Origin: Pseudomonadota bacterium
GTDB lineage: Bacteria; Bdellovibrionota; FAC87; UBA2466
Reading direction: 5' to 3'
Assembly: GCA_043718025.1 (NCBI GenBank)
Contig: JAYSWN010000060.1
Location: 1-37,170, forward strand
Length of the DNA: 37,170 nt
The notes under the pieces: model-generated
Told to the model about the DNA's origin: nothing
Databases searched by the model: none
What the model saw: the letters and a program-made list of their open reading frames with translations, nothing else
In this document: piece by piece, positions 1-9,521 of the stretch
Layout of the letters: every line of letters begins with the position of its first letter
Position numbering within the stretch: the first letter of the stretch is position 1
Made by a program: the position numbers and the translations under genes

Positions 1-77
1 CTGGAGCGTCCCGACGTTTCCTTGGTGGTCGTGGCCGATCTCGATGAATAATCATTGGCCCTACTGGTCAACCCGCA

Positions 78-2072
78 CTAAAAGCCGTTCATCGCCGAAG
101 TTCCAGCTTTGGGGGCGGTTTCTAAAATCCAATCGACGGCAATTTCCGAAGCCTCTTTAAGGTAAGGGCGGTTGTATTCCTTCATCGACTCCTTATCTTC
201 ACTTTCCGCGTCCGCGGTCTTCTTGCCTTTTTTCTCTTTGTCTTTTTTCTCGCTGTCTTTTTTCTTTAGGTCGGCAAGTTTGATAATGTTTTTATTTTTC
301 TTAGCCTCTTCGATGTTCTTGTAGACCTCAGCGAATTTCGCGTTCTTGGCCACGCGCTCTTGCGACTTATCAGAGAGTTTTTTCACGGTCGGATTTTCTA
401 CCGTGGCCCACTTTTCTTCGGGGGTGTTGCCGTTGGCCTCTGCCGAAACAAAATTAGGTATCGATTGGGAGGCTAAGGCGTAGTCCAATGCCCCTTCACC
501 AACTTCCGGAAGGTTCAAAACCGAGGGCAGGGTGATGTCGGATATCACACCGGCCAGTTGCGTGGATTGGCCAGCGGGTAAGAAGAACATGCCGGTGGTC
601 ACCTTCATGGCGCCTAAACCTAATGGAAGCGGAGAAATCACCTGAACCGAACCTTTTCCGAAGGTGTGGTCAGCGCCGACGACCAACGCGCGTTTATAAT
701 CTTTAAGGGCGCCCGCCAAAATTTCGGAGGCAGATGCGCTGTAACGATTGGTCAATACCACCAATGGTCCGGCGTAAGTGGTCTCCGAGTTTTGATCGGC
801 AATCACTTGGGTGCGGGTGTCTCCATCTTTGGTTGCCACGACGCCCCCCTTTTTCAAAAAGAGTCCCGAAATTTTTACCGCCTCTTCAAGCAGCCCACCG
901 CCGTTGCTCGAAAGGTTGAGCACGATGCCATCTACTTTCTCTTTTTTTGCTTCCTCGAGCGCTTTTTTTACGTCGGCCGAACAAGATCGCGACCCCTTTT
1001 CTCCGCCGCCGTAAAAAGAGGGGAGGTCGATGACGCCCACTTTATAGGTCTTTTCTCCGCGCGTTACCTTTTCGTAACTCAATTTGGCGGCCTGCTCTTT
1101 AATGTCAATTTTGTCGCGCACGATGACGGCATCAAAGGTTTCGCTTTTGGCGCCCTGACGCAAGATTGTTAGCGTTACTTTGGTCCCTTTTTTACCGCGA
1201 ATCAATTTAACCACTTCGCGAAGATCCATATCGATAATGGGGGCCGGCTTTTGTCCCTCTTGACCGACGGCTAAAATTTTGTCTTTGGCGCGAAGCTTTT
1301 TACTCTTCTCGGCGCCGCCGCCAGGAATGAGCTCTTCAATCACGGTCAAGCCATCTTGAGAGGTGAGGGTGGCGCCAATTCCCTCGAGGGAGAGGTGCAT
1401 GTGAATCTCAAAGTCTTCTAAATTATCGCGGGTCAAGAAACTTGAGTGCGGATCTAATGCCAGCGCGAAGGCTTCGGCCATAGAGGCCAGACGATCCTCT
1501 GCCTTCTTCTCTTTAATTCGTTTGGTGATCAGTTCATAACGGTGAAAGAGCTGCTTTTTTGCTTCAGGTAGCTTCATGCTCGTCTGCAAGTAGTTGAGCA
1601 TTTGGAAGTGAATCATGTTCAAGAGGAACGCTTCGCGTTCGGCTTTGGTCTTGGCGTAATTTCTTTTCTTTGGGTCGAATACAAACTCCAAGGCTTCGTT
1701 TACTTTAAAGTCTTTGGCATTGACGACCGCGGCGACGTAATCTTCGTTTTCTTTAGCGCGATCGGCGAGCAGGTTGAACGAGTTGGTGAGTGCCTCGCAT
1801 TTGCCTTCGGATAACTTATCGAAAACAGCGGAGAGCTCTTTGCGAGTCTTTTCAACATCGGCATCCAGTAAATGGGTTTTTGACGGATCCAAGTTGCGCA
1901 GAAACTGTTCTACCGTTCGTTGCTTAATCGAGTCGGTAAGCTTCTTTTGCGAGTAGTGGTGCCGCAAGTAGTATTCGAAAATCTGCGGTAGGTGCACACA
2001 CTGGAGGTTGGCGCCAAAGCTTGCGGTACTTGCGGTGAGCGAAAGAAGGGCGAGGCCTACGAAAATTTTCAT
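78..2072 (-). CDS. prc: Carboxy-terminal processing protease, S41 family (Prc/Tsp)
   Basis: Signal peptide MKIFVGLALLSLTASTASFG; LDPHS, PDZ region (GIGA...IRGKKGTKV), NGGGLL, catalytic SASASEI and FGKGSVQ. Start moved to the ATG at 2072, which has GAGGAG upstream. Confidence 0.93.
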   Translation of the reverse strand: MKIFVGLALLSLTASTASFGANLQCVHLPQIFEYYLRHHYSQKKLTDSIKQRTVEQFLRNLDPSKTHLLDADVEKTRKELSAVFDKLSEGKCEALTNSFNLLADRAKENEDYVAAVVNAKDFKVNEALEFVFDPKKRNYAKTKAEREAFLLNMIHFQMLNYLQTSMKLPEAKKQLFHRYELITKRIKEKKAEDRLASMAEAFALALDPHSSFLTRDNLEDFEIHMHLSLEGIGATLTSQDGLTVIEELIPGGGAEKSKKLRAKDKILAVGQEGQKPAPIIDMDLREVVKLIRGKKGTKVTLTILRQGAKSETFDAVIVRDKIDIKEQAAKLSYEKVTRGEKTYKVGVIDLPSFYGGGEKGSRSCSADVKKALEEAKKEKVDGIVLNLSSNGGGLLEEAVKISGLFLKKGGVVATKDGDTRTQVIADQNSETTYAGPLVVLTNRYSASASEILAGALKDYKRALVVGADHTFGKGSVQVISPLPLGLGAMKVTTGMFFLPAGQSTQLAGVISDITLPSVLNLPEVGEGALDYALASQSIPNFVSAEANGNTPEEKWATVENPTVKKLSDKSQERVAKNAKFAEVYKNIEEAKKNKNIIKLADLKKKDSEKKDKEKKGKKTADAESEDKESMKEYNRPYLKEASEIAVDWILETAPKAGTSAMNGF

Positions 2073-2136
2073 ATGAAGAGGCTCCTCAAAGGTGTCGGTC
2101 AAGGTTCTGATTTAAGTTTAGCCGATCCCTACCCAT

Positions 2137-2163
2137 GTATCGGACAACTAACTAAAAGTCTTA
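2137..2163 (-). promoter_or_regulatory. Putative sigma28 (FliA)-type promoter for prc
   Basis: Minus strand reads TAAG-N15-TCCGATAC, close to the TAAA-N15-GCCGATAA consensus, 65 bp upstream of the prc ATG. Confidence 0.45.
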
Positions 2164-2206
2164 ATAAAAAGGGAGAGGCGGCGCCTCTCCCTTTTTATTA
2201 AGACTT
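2156..2206. repeat. Perfect 25-bp inverted repeat (bidirectional terminator-like hairpin)
   Basis: AAGTCTTAATAAAAAGGGAGAGGCG-G-CGCCTCTCCCTTTTTATTAAGACTT. Confidence 0.9.
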
Positions 2207-2458
2207 AGTTTTGTCGGGTAAGGGGCTGTCAGGGCATGACTCGAAGCGTTATTCTTGTGTTTAAATTGCTCTGCTGCCGAATGATTCATATCCCATTTTC
2301 TACCCCTATGACGGTTGGGGAGCAATATGTGCGACACTTTTTGCGCCGATTTAGGGGTCGTTTAGCGTAGTTAGCCGCGGTCGCTTGACTTCGTACTAAC
2401 CCTTCCCACCCTTTCACTTAGTGGCATGCGTCGGCATGCCGACCGCAAAGGAGCACCC

Positions 2459-4765
2459 GTGATTATTGATGAAACCAAAAATGAATTTGCCGTGATTCCC
2501 CTCACTCAATTCGTGATGTTTCCCGAGGTCACGATTCCCTTTTCGGTAAACGACGACGATTCGCTAAAAGCGCTACGGGCCGGTGAAGCCCGCTTAGGAA
2601 AAATTTTAATGCTGACCGAAAACGACAGCGCCATTCCGTTTCCGCTATACCGCGTTGGCGTGGTGGCCCAAATTGAATCGGTGATCAAGGGCAAATCGGC
2701 TAGCCAAATCGTGGCGCAGGGGTTGTACCGTTTTAGGGTGGAGAGTTTCGAAAAACGCAATGGCGTTCTCTACGCCAAAGGCGTGAGGATTGCTGACGAT
2801 CAAGAGCTGGAAGAAGGCACCGAGAAGGCGCTTTTTAACACGGCAAAAAATTTGGCCGATTCCATTCTTAATCTATTGCCCGGAAATGGCGGCACGCTGC
2901 GCAAGCAGTTGAATGCGGTAAGTGAGCTTTCTACATTACTGAACCTGACGTTAGCCAATCTGGATCTACCCATCGAGAAAAAGCAGTTTTGGCTTGAGAT
3001 TACCGCGCCTAAGGATAAGGCGTTGAAGGCGCTCGAGCACATGAAACAGTTTAAAGATCAGCTTGAGGTCCAGCATGAGCTGGCCGAAAAATTTAACACC
3101 AAGATTCGCAGTGGCGAGCGCGAGGTGGTGCTTCGTGAACAGTTAAGGGCAATTAAAGAGGCGCTGGGCGAAAAGGAGGAGGGTGGAAAAGACTCTTACG
3201 CCAAAAAGATTGCCGCAAGCGGCATGCCCTCTGAAGTGCGCACGGTGGCCGAGGAAGAGGCATCGCGGCTTGAGACCTTGGGGCCGCAGTCTCCCGAAGG
3301 GCAAGTGATTCGAAACTACTTGGACTGGTTGACGGCCATGCCGTGGAAGGCAGAAACGGCCAAAGAGATCGATTTAGATGAAGCGCGCAAGATTCTTGAC
3401 CGCGATCATCACGGCATGCCCAAAGTGAAAAAGCGTTTGCTCGAGCACTTGGCGCTGATGAAACTCGCGCGGCAGAACAAAGGGCCCGATGTAGCGGCAC
3501 CGATTCTTTTGTTGGTGGGCCCCCCCGGCGTCGGAAAAACCAGTCTGGGTGAAAGTGTGGCGGCCGCCTTGGGTCGAAAATTTATTCGTATCAGCTTAGG
3601 CGGGGTTTCGGATGAAGCCGAAATCCGTGGCCACCGGCGCACCTACGTGGGGGCGATGCCGGGCCGGCTTATCCAAGCTTTAAAGCGGGCGGGATCCTCG
3701 GCACCGGTGATCTTGCTCGACGAGATCGACAAGCTGGGCATGGGCTTTCGCGGTGACCCGTACTCCGCGATGCTTGAAGTCTTGGATCCTGAGCAGAATA
3801 AGAGTTTTGTCGATCATTACCTCGATGTTCCCTTTGATCTGAGCAAAGTGATTTTCATCGCCACCGCTAATACACTGGACACTATTCCGGCGCCGCTGCG
3901 TGACCGAACCGAAATCATTGAGCTCAACGGCTATACACTTAATGAAAAGATTGAGATCGCCGAACACCATCTGGTGCCGAGACTTTTGGCGAAACTGGGC
4001 ATTGTGGAGGCTAAGTTCGTGGTGCCGGAGAAAGAGATGTCGTATTTAATCTCGCATTACACTCGCGAGGCGGGAGTGCGTGATTTAAGTCGCCGGCTCG
4101 AAAGTCTACTGCGCGGATCGGCTGAACTTATTTTGCAGGCCGAAAAGTATGTGATCACGGAGGGCGAGATTCGAAAGATTCTGGGCCACCCTCGGTTTGA
4201 GGACGATGAGCGGCAGCACGAGACCGTACCCGGGGTGGTGACGGGGCTGGCGTGGACGCCTTTCGGCGGCGACATTTTGTATATTGAGGCCAGCAGTTCG
4301 CCCGGTAGCGGAAAGTTAATTCTCACCGGACAGTTAGGCGACGTCATGAAAGAGTCGGCGCAGATTGCCCAGAGTTTGGTCAAGGCCCGCATGCCGGGCA
4401 CCAAAGAAGAGAATGCCGATCAGAAAGACGTGCACGTGCACGTACCTTCGGGGGCGGTGCCAAAAGACGGCCCTTCCGCCGGTGTGACGATGACGGTGGC
4501 GTTGGCCAGTCTGTTGATGGGTAAAAAAGTGCCGACCAATCTGGCCATGACCGGTGAAATCACTCTCCGCGGCGCGGTATTACCCGTGGGAGGGATTAAG
4601 GAAAAGGTGTTGGCGGCCCACCGTTCGGGAGTGACGAGGGTGATCATGCCCCTGCGCAATGAACACGATCTGGAAGAGGTTCCGGAGGAGGTGCGTAAGC
4701 AAATGACCTTTAAATTCGCGAGGGACATTACTGACGTCTTCAACGAGGTATTTCCAAACGGCTAG
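2459..4765 (+). CDS. lon: ATP-dependent protease La (Lon)
   Basis: N-terminal LON domain, Walker A GPPGVGKT, GHRRTYVGAMPG, Walker B LLDEIDK, catalytic DGPSAG and GGIKEK. GTG start at 2459 follows AAAGGAG. Confidence 0.96.
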   Translation: MIIDETKNEFAVIPLTQFVMFPEVTIPFSVNDDDSLKALRAGEARLGKILMLTENDSAIPFPLYRVGVVAQIESVIKGKSASQIVAQGLYRFRVESFEKRNGVLYAKGVRIADDQELEEGTEKALFNTAKNLADSILNLLPGNGGTLRKQLNAVSELSTLLNLTLANLDLPIEKKQFWLEITAPKDKALKALEHMKQFKDQLEVQHELAEKFNTKIRSGEREVVLREQLRAIKEALGEKEEGGKDSYAKKIAASGMPSEVRTVAEEEASRLETLGPQSPEGQVIRNYLDWLTAMPWKAETAKEIDLDEARKILDRDHHGMPKVKKRLLEHLALMKLARQNKGPDVAAPILLLVGPPGVGKTSLGESVAAALGRKFIRISLGGVSDEAEIRGHRRTYVGAMPGRLIQALKRAGSSAPVILLDEIDKLGMGFRGDPYSAMLEVLDPEQNKSFVDHYLDVPFDLSKVIFIATANTLDTIPAPLRDRTEIIELNGYTLNEKIEIAEHHLVPRLLAKLGIVEAKFVVPEKEMSYLISHYTREAGVRDLSRRLESLLRGSAELILQAEKYVITEGEIRKILGHPRFEDDERQHETVPGVVTGLAWTPFGGDILYIEASSSPGSGKLILTGQLGDVMKESAQIAQSLVKARMPGTKEENADQKDVHVHVPSGAVPKDGPSAGVTMTVALASLLMGKKVPTNLAMTGEITLRGAVLPVGGIKEKVLAAHRSGVTRVIMPLRNEHDLEEVPEEVRKQMTFKFARDITDVFNEVFPNG

Positions 4766-4854
4766 ACTGGTAACGGGCGTCAATCCATACGAGATGGTAT
4801 TTGTGAGAAATATTATCTGACGTCGGTTATAATTTCCCCCTGGGGGGAGTTGCA

Positions 4855-6441
4855 ATGAGCCGTTGGGTGAGAGTGATAACCGCGGTGCTGGTCGTTGTCT
4901 CGCTCTCCACTTGCTCGCTACGTGCCTCTCGGCCATTGGTGCAAGTGCAAGTGGCGGTGCCTCAACTCACCAATCGGGGCAGTGTTCGTTTTGGACGAGG
5001 TCCCACTTTTCCTAAATGCGTCGCCTTCAGTTTTGCTTCCGCCTCTACCTCCGACGGCCTTTCAAGTTCGCAAATTTCAGCAATGAAGCCGTCTTGCCTT
5101 CTGCTCAATGGAATTGTGAGTGTTGCGGTGTCGGCTGAAGTGGCGGCGAATCCTGGCGTTTCGGTCACGCTTCCGGCGGGGCAGTACACGGTTACGGCGG
5201 TTGGAATACAGAGCGCGGCTGAGTGCGCAAATATTCCGACCATGTTTAGCCAAGCTCTTCCTGAGATCTATAGATTGGGGCCATCAAAAGATCTGAGCAC
5301 TTCGCAGGCAAAGGTAGCAATAGCTATCGATTATCAATCATCGGCGCCCGACCTGGTTAATACTTGCCTGCCTCCTCGTTGGGTAAAAAGCGTTGCGGCC
5401 GGAGGCGGTAATTCCTGTGCCTCTGAATTAGGGGCCGCCAAATGCTGGGGCGATAATGTTTATGGTCAGCTCGGTGACTCTTCTGTCACTAGCTCGCTAG
5501 AACCGGTTCAAGTCTTGGGGTTGGTTTCAGACGTTTCTGGCCTTGCCGCAACTCAACACGCCTGCGCTGCAGTGAATGGAGCGGCGAAGTGTTGGGGGCT
5601 AAATGGCACCGGCGAGCTGGGAGACAATTCATTGATTTCGTCGACAGTGCCGTTGCAGGTTCAGGGGCTTACTTCAGGGGTCACCGCGATCACGGTTGCG
5701 TCCATTCCGGGCGGCGGACACACCTGTGCCCTGGTTAATGGAGGCATTCAATGTTGGGGCGATAATACTGAGGGGAAATTGGGAAACAATTCTACGGCCA
5801 TTTCCTTAGTTCCGGTTCAAGTTCAGGGGATCACGTCGGGGGCAACGGCAGTCTCCGCGAACACCGAGCATACGTGCGCCGTTGTGCAGGCCAGTGCCAA
5901 ATGCTGGGGCTCTAATTCGGCGGGTCAGCTGGGCATTAACTCATTGGCCGACTCCACGGTTCCCCTTCAAGTTCAGGGGTTAACCTCGGGCGTTACGGCC
6001 ATCGCGGCCGGAGCGCAGTTTACTTGCGCCATCCAAAATGGGGCAGTTTTATGCTGGGGAATTAATACTACCGGCCAGCTAGGAATTAATTCGAATGTTA
6101 TTTCCCTTATTCCCGTGCCGGTACAGGGGCTCTCTTCGGGAGCTACGGCAATTGCGACGGGATCAAATCACGCGTGTGCTGTCGTGAGCGGAGGCGTTCA
6201 ATGCTGGGGAAAAAATGATTTCGGAAATTTGGGCAATGACTCGAACGTCAGTAGTCTGGTTCCCGTGCCGGCGCAGGGCCTCAACTCCGGCGTGACCTCA
6301 ATAGCAGCGGGGTCCGTCCACACCTGTGCTACTCATAACGGCGGTGTGAAGTGCTGGGGAGGTAATAGTGCAGGCCAATTGGGAAACGGTGCGAATGGCG
6401 ATGTGTGGGTCCCCGCTACGGTGATTGGAATTGGGCCCTAG
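4855..6441 (+). CDS. Exported RCC1-repeat (7-bladed beta-propeller) protein
   Basis: Hydrophobic N-terminus; seven ~50-aa units of the form (H/F)TCA...KCWG.N..GQLG.NS...S..PV.VQGL.SG. Confidence 0.9.
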   Translation: MSRWVRVITAVLVVVSLSTCSLRASRPLVQVQVAVPQLTNRGSVRFGRGPTFPKCVAFSFASASTSDGLSSSQISAMKPSCLLLNGIVSVAVSAEVAANPGVSVTLPAGQYTVTAVGIQSAAECANIPTMFSQALPEIYRLGPSKDLSTSQAKVAIAIDYQSSAPDLVNTCLPPRWVKSVAAGGGNSCASELGAAKCWGDNVYGQLGDSSVTSSLEPVQVLGLVSDVSGLAATQHACAAVNGAAKCWGLNGTGELGDNSLISSTVPLQVQGLTSGVTAITVASIPGGGHTCALVNGGIQCWGDNTEGKLGNNSTAISLVPVQVQGITSGATAVSANTEHTCAVVQASAKCWGSNSAGQLGINSLADSTVPLQVQGLTSGVTAIAAGAQFTCAIQNGAVLCWGINTTGQLGINSNVISLIPVPVQGLSSGATAIATGSNHACAVVSGGVQCWGKNDFGNLGNDSNVSSLVPVPAQGLNSGVTSIAAGSVHTCATHNGGVKCWGGNSAGQLGNGANGDVWVPATVIGIGP

Positions 6442-6449
6442 GCGTAGAA

Positions 6450-6521
6450 TTGGGGCGCTAGGGATCGAACCTAGGAATGCAGGAATCAAAATCCTGTGTC
6501 TTACCGCTTGACGACGCCCCA
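6450..6521 (-). tRNA. tRNA-Gln(UUG)
   Basis: TGGGGCGTCGTCAAGCGGTAAGACACAGGATTTTGATTCCTGCATTCCTAGGTTCGATCCCTAGCGCCCCAA; anticodon loop TTTTGAT, T-loop GGTTCGATCC; CCA not encoded. Confidence 0.96.
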
Positions 6522-6763
6522 TCAAGATATGAAAAGTTAATATACCGATTTGTTTTCATCCTTCAAGCGTTCTCCCAAAAGTTCTTACTCCGTTACAAAC
6601 TCCTCAAAAAATTGCTTGTCGTTTTTCAAAAAGTGGCGTGTTCACTTAGAACACTATGAAATTCTTGAAAAAAACTTTTTGACCCCCTTAGGGTGGTTTG
6701 CTAGCGTCTCATTCCATTGTTTGTGACCACAGCAAGTCGACATAATAATTATAGGAGGAAGCA

Positions 6764-7036
6764 ATGAATAAAGCGCAGCTCGTTGAAACGCTAGCCAGTG
6801 AAGTCAACATCACGAAAGCCGATTGTGAACGGTTAATTGATTCGATGGTAGATACCATCAAGAAAACGGTGAAGAAAGGTGATGACCTTACTCTCGTTGG
6901 GTTCGGAACTTTCACCCGCTCTAAACGCAAAGCTCGTACGGGTCGTAACCCGCAAACGGGTGAAGCGATTAAAGTGCCTGCTTGCACGGTGCCAAAATTC
7001 CGTCCCGGCAAAGCGTTCAAAGACTTTTTGAACTAA
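6764..7036 (+). CDS. hup: HU family DNA-binding protein
   Basis: MNKAQLV..., GFGTF, ARTGRNPQTGEAIKVPA, PKFRPGK; strong AGGAGG RBS. Confidence 0.96.
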   Translation: MNKAQLVETLASEVNITKADCERLIDSMVDTIKKTVKKGDDLTLVGFGTFTRSKRKARTGRNPQTGEAIKVPACTVPKFRPGKAFKDFLN

Positions 7037-7060
7037 GACTTAGTTTAAATTGCTTATTTT

Positions 7061-7105
7061 AAACGGCCCTGCGCTGATTTAGTGCGGGGCCGTTTTCTTT
7101 TATTT
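7061..7105 (+). terminator. Rho-independent terminator after HU
   Basis: AAACGGCCCTGCGCT-GATTT-AGTGCGGGGCCGTTT stem followed by a T-rich run. Confidence 0.85.
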
Positions 7106-7136
7106 ATTCTTGCGGTGCTCGCGGTACAATTAAGCT

Positions 7137-7514
7137 ATGCCCACACCAGGAATGATTCAAGAGTGGGTCGTCGACGCTTATGGCTGCGCCGGTGACCTGA
7201 GTGATCTTGCTAACTTAGAGAAGATTGCGCGCGCCGCGCTAGAAAAAATCGGCGCTACCGTGGTCGCTAAGGCCGAGCATAAATTCCAGCCGCATGGCGT
7301 AACGCTGTGCCTCGTCCTTCAAGAATCTCACTTTATAGTTAGCACTTGGCCAGAATACCGAATGATGATCGTAAATATCTTTCTGTGTAATCCCAAAATG
7401 AACCCCAGTGATGTTTGGGAAAATTTTGCCCGTGAATTTCGTCCCGCTAAGATCAACGTGCAAAAAGTTTCGCACCTGATCGCCGATAAGCTCGAACAAA
7501 AGCAAGCCGCTTAA
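7137..7514 (+). CDS. speD: S-adenosylmethionine decarboxylase proenzyme family (SpeD/SpeH)
   Basis: HKFQPHGVT...LQESHF (pyruvoyl cleavage motif ESH), TWPEY, IFLC. Confidence 0.85.
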   Translation: MPTPGMIQEWVVDAYGCAGDLSDLANLEKIARAALEKIGATVVAKAEHKFQPHGVTLCLVLQESHFIVSTWPEYRMMIVNIFLCNPKMNPSDVWENFAREFRPAKINVQKVSHLIADKLEQKQAA

Positions 7515-7586
7515 GTTCGCCCAGTCAAAGCCGTTAAATGGGCCAGAGTTTGCTGCCTTTTCAAGCTGAGCAATGACGGACGCAAG

Positions 7587-8483
7587 TTATTGCTGAATTT
7601 TTTTCAAAACGTCGCCGGCCAACACTTTTTGCCCCTTCTCCGAAAGGTGATAGCAATCTACCGCAAAATAATCGCGCTGGTATTCCCCGCTTAGAAGATC
7701 GGCCAAAAACATAAATTGATTTTTTTGTTTCGTGTCACGGTTCCAGTCGATGGCCAGGCGTTTCAACACCTTGCGCACGATTTTTCCGCGAGAAATTAGG
7801 TAGTCCGAAAGGGTGCCATCTTTTCTGCGCTTATTATTTTCTGCGCAGAAGGGGAAGAAGCGCTCCCAGGTGTCATTACAGGTGAGCGTCACTTTATTCG
7901 ATCGGTGCCAGACACTGCCTTCGAGCGTCTTGTAGATGCGATCGATTTCGCCGGTAGGAAGCAAATAGAGAGTGGCGCCGTCGTGCTTGGTATCCCACGC
8001 TGTAATTGCGGCCTGCATCTCATCGTAATACTGTTTTTCAAAATCCTCCTCGTCGACCTGCGATTTACAAATATCGTTGTGGCCGATGAAAATAAAGGCC
8101 CCCACTGAAACGTCTTTCTTGATTTTAGGGGTTTTAGCAATCTGCTGGGCCATGTCGGCCGCAACTGCCCCGGTTATGGCACGATTTAAAAGGTATTTGG
8201 CGCCCCAAGCGGCCTTTAGCTGATTTGGCCAAGCCAGATCAGGGGCGTGTAACTTCTCATACTTAGCGACGTCGCCCGTCGCCACATAGCTCGCTAAATC
8301 GGTCCAGATTCGGCTCACTTCAAAGAGCGGCACGTGGTCATTGTGCGCTGTGGCACTCAAAAAGCCCGCCGATATGGAATCTCCATAGGTTTCTATGACT
8401 TCGGGTGCGGCAACAACCCCCATTCCCGCTGCGCAAAACGCAAAAATACCCACGATGAAAAAACGCCCAACAATAGATGTCAT
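7587..8483 (-). CDS. Exported SGNH/GDSL hydrolase
   Basis: Signal peptide; YGDSIS, AITGA, IGHNDIC, DCYHLS (blocks I, II, III, V). Confidence 0.88.
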   Translation of the reverse strand: MTSIVGRFFIVGIFAFCAAGMGVVAAPEVIETYGDSISAGFLSATAHNDHVPLFEVSRIWTDLASYVATGDVAKYEKLHAPDLAWPNQLKAAWGAKYLLNRAITGAVAADMAQQIAKTPKIKKDVSVGAFIFIGHNDICKSQVDEEDFEKQYYDEMQAAITAWDTKHDGATLYLLPTGEIDRIYKTLEGSVWHRSNKVTLTCNDTWERFFPFCAENNKRRKDGTLSDYLISRGKIVRKVLKRLAIDWNRDTKQKNQFMFLADLLSGEYQRDYFAVDCYHLSEKGQKVLAGDVLKKIQQ

Positions 8484-8642
8484 TTTTATGTCCCCCCCTT
8501 AAGGCCTGTTAGCCAAAAGTGAGTATTAATGGCACTGCGGGTCATGGCAATAGCGAATTACTCGCCGGTAAGTTTTGAATAATCGCCCAAGTAGATGATA
8601 TTATTTTCCTGGTTAAGACCGCCATATCCTCCGGGAGAGAAA

Positions 8643-8945
8643 ATGAAGATTAATTCAACCTTGGGCCATGGCCCAAAGAAGAAGAAAAAGATTGCGGCAT
8701 CTACCGCAACCAAAGGCAAAAAAAGCAACGCCACGCGAAGAAACGATAGGGTGGCTGATCTCTCGGCAGACGTCAGTCTCATGCAGAAGGCCGGTGAGAT
8801 TTTAAAGACCGTGCCCGATGTCCGGGAACAGAAAGTAAAAGACCTAAAGAAGAAGATCAAAGAAGGCGCCTACAAGGTGGATAGCAGAAAGGTTGCCGAC
8901 CGGCTGGTTGAAGAGCACATAAAAACCGACTTTGAAAAAAAATAG
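8643..8945 (+). CDS. flgM: Anti-sigma28 factor FlgM
   Basis: DRVADLS...PDVREQKVKDLKKKIKEGAYKVDSRKVADRL matches the FlgM C-terminal signature. Start reset to the ATG at 8643 after GGGAG. Confidence 0.85.
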   Translation: MKINSTLGHGPKKKKKIAASTATKGKKSNATRRNDRVADLSADVSLMQKAGEILKTVPDVREQKVKDLKKKIKEGAYKVDSRKVADRLVEEHIKTDFEKK

Positions 8946-8959
8946 GGGAGACCAACTAA

Positions 8960-9499
8960 ATGCAACTGCACACGAGTCGTTTTGGAAATCTCGAAGTGGA
9001 TGAGTCTGACCTAATTGATTTCCCGGAAGGAATCTTGGGTTTTTCAAAGATACGCCAGTATTTTTTGGTGGAACGCTCTGATGACTCTCTGTTTTTGTGG
9101 CTTCAAGCGGTGAAAAAACCGACGATCGCCTTTCCGCTTTTGAATCCCTTTTTGATCGAACCCAATTTTCAGATCGAGCTTGATGAAAATGATGTCGATA
9201 CCCTGTCTGCCGAGGCGGTAGAAGACTTAAAACTTTATAGCATCGTGACCATTCCGAGTGACCCTTCGAAGATGACCGCAAACCTTAAAGCACCGTTGGT
9301 GTTAAATCCCAAAAAGAAAAAGGCGAAGCAGGTGATTTTACATTCGTTTGATTATCCGATTCGCCGGGGGATCTTCGATGTGATGGAAAAGCTGGCCAAC
9401 GAAGCCGGTCGTCCCCTGTTTGCGGATCCGGGAAGCTTTACCTTTAGAGCGTCGTCGTTAAAAGGGTTGCCCGGACAATCAAATTTAGCGGCCGGGTGA
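8960..9499 (+). CDS. fliW: Flagellar assembly factor FliW
   Basis: TSRFG.LEV...IDFPEGILGF, FLWLQAV, IVTIP...MTANLKAPLVLN...AKQVIL...YPIR. Confidence 0.93.
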   Translation: MQLHTSRFGNLEVDESDLIDFPEGILGFSKIRQYFLVERSDDSLFLWLQAVKKPTIAFPLLNPFLIEPNFQIELDENDVDTLSAEAVEDLKLYSIVTIPSDPSKMTANLKAPLVLNPKKKKAKQVILHSFDYPIRRGIFDVMEKLANEAGRPLFADPGSFTFRASSLKGLPGQSNLAAG

Positions 9500-9521
9500 G
9501 TCTTCGTGCAGGTTAGTTTCT

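Noticed and set aside
1..77. Gene fragment at the left edge (minus-strand ATG at 55, or plus-strand end at 51)
   Set aside because: Too short to decide strand or function.
2384..2410. sigma32-like promoter for lon (CTTGAC-N15-CCCACC)
   Set aside because: Plausible but too degenerate to support from sequence alone.
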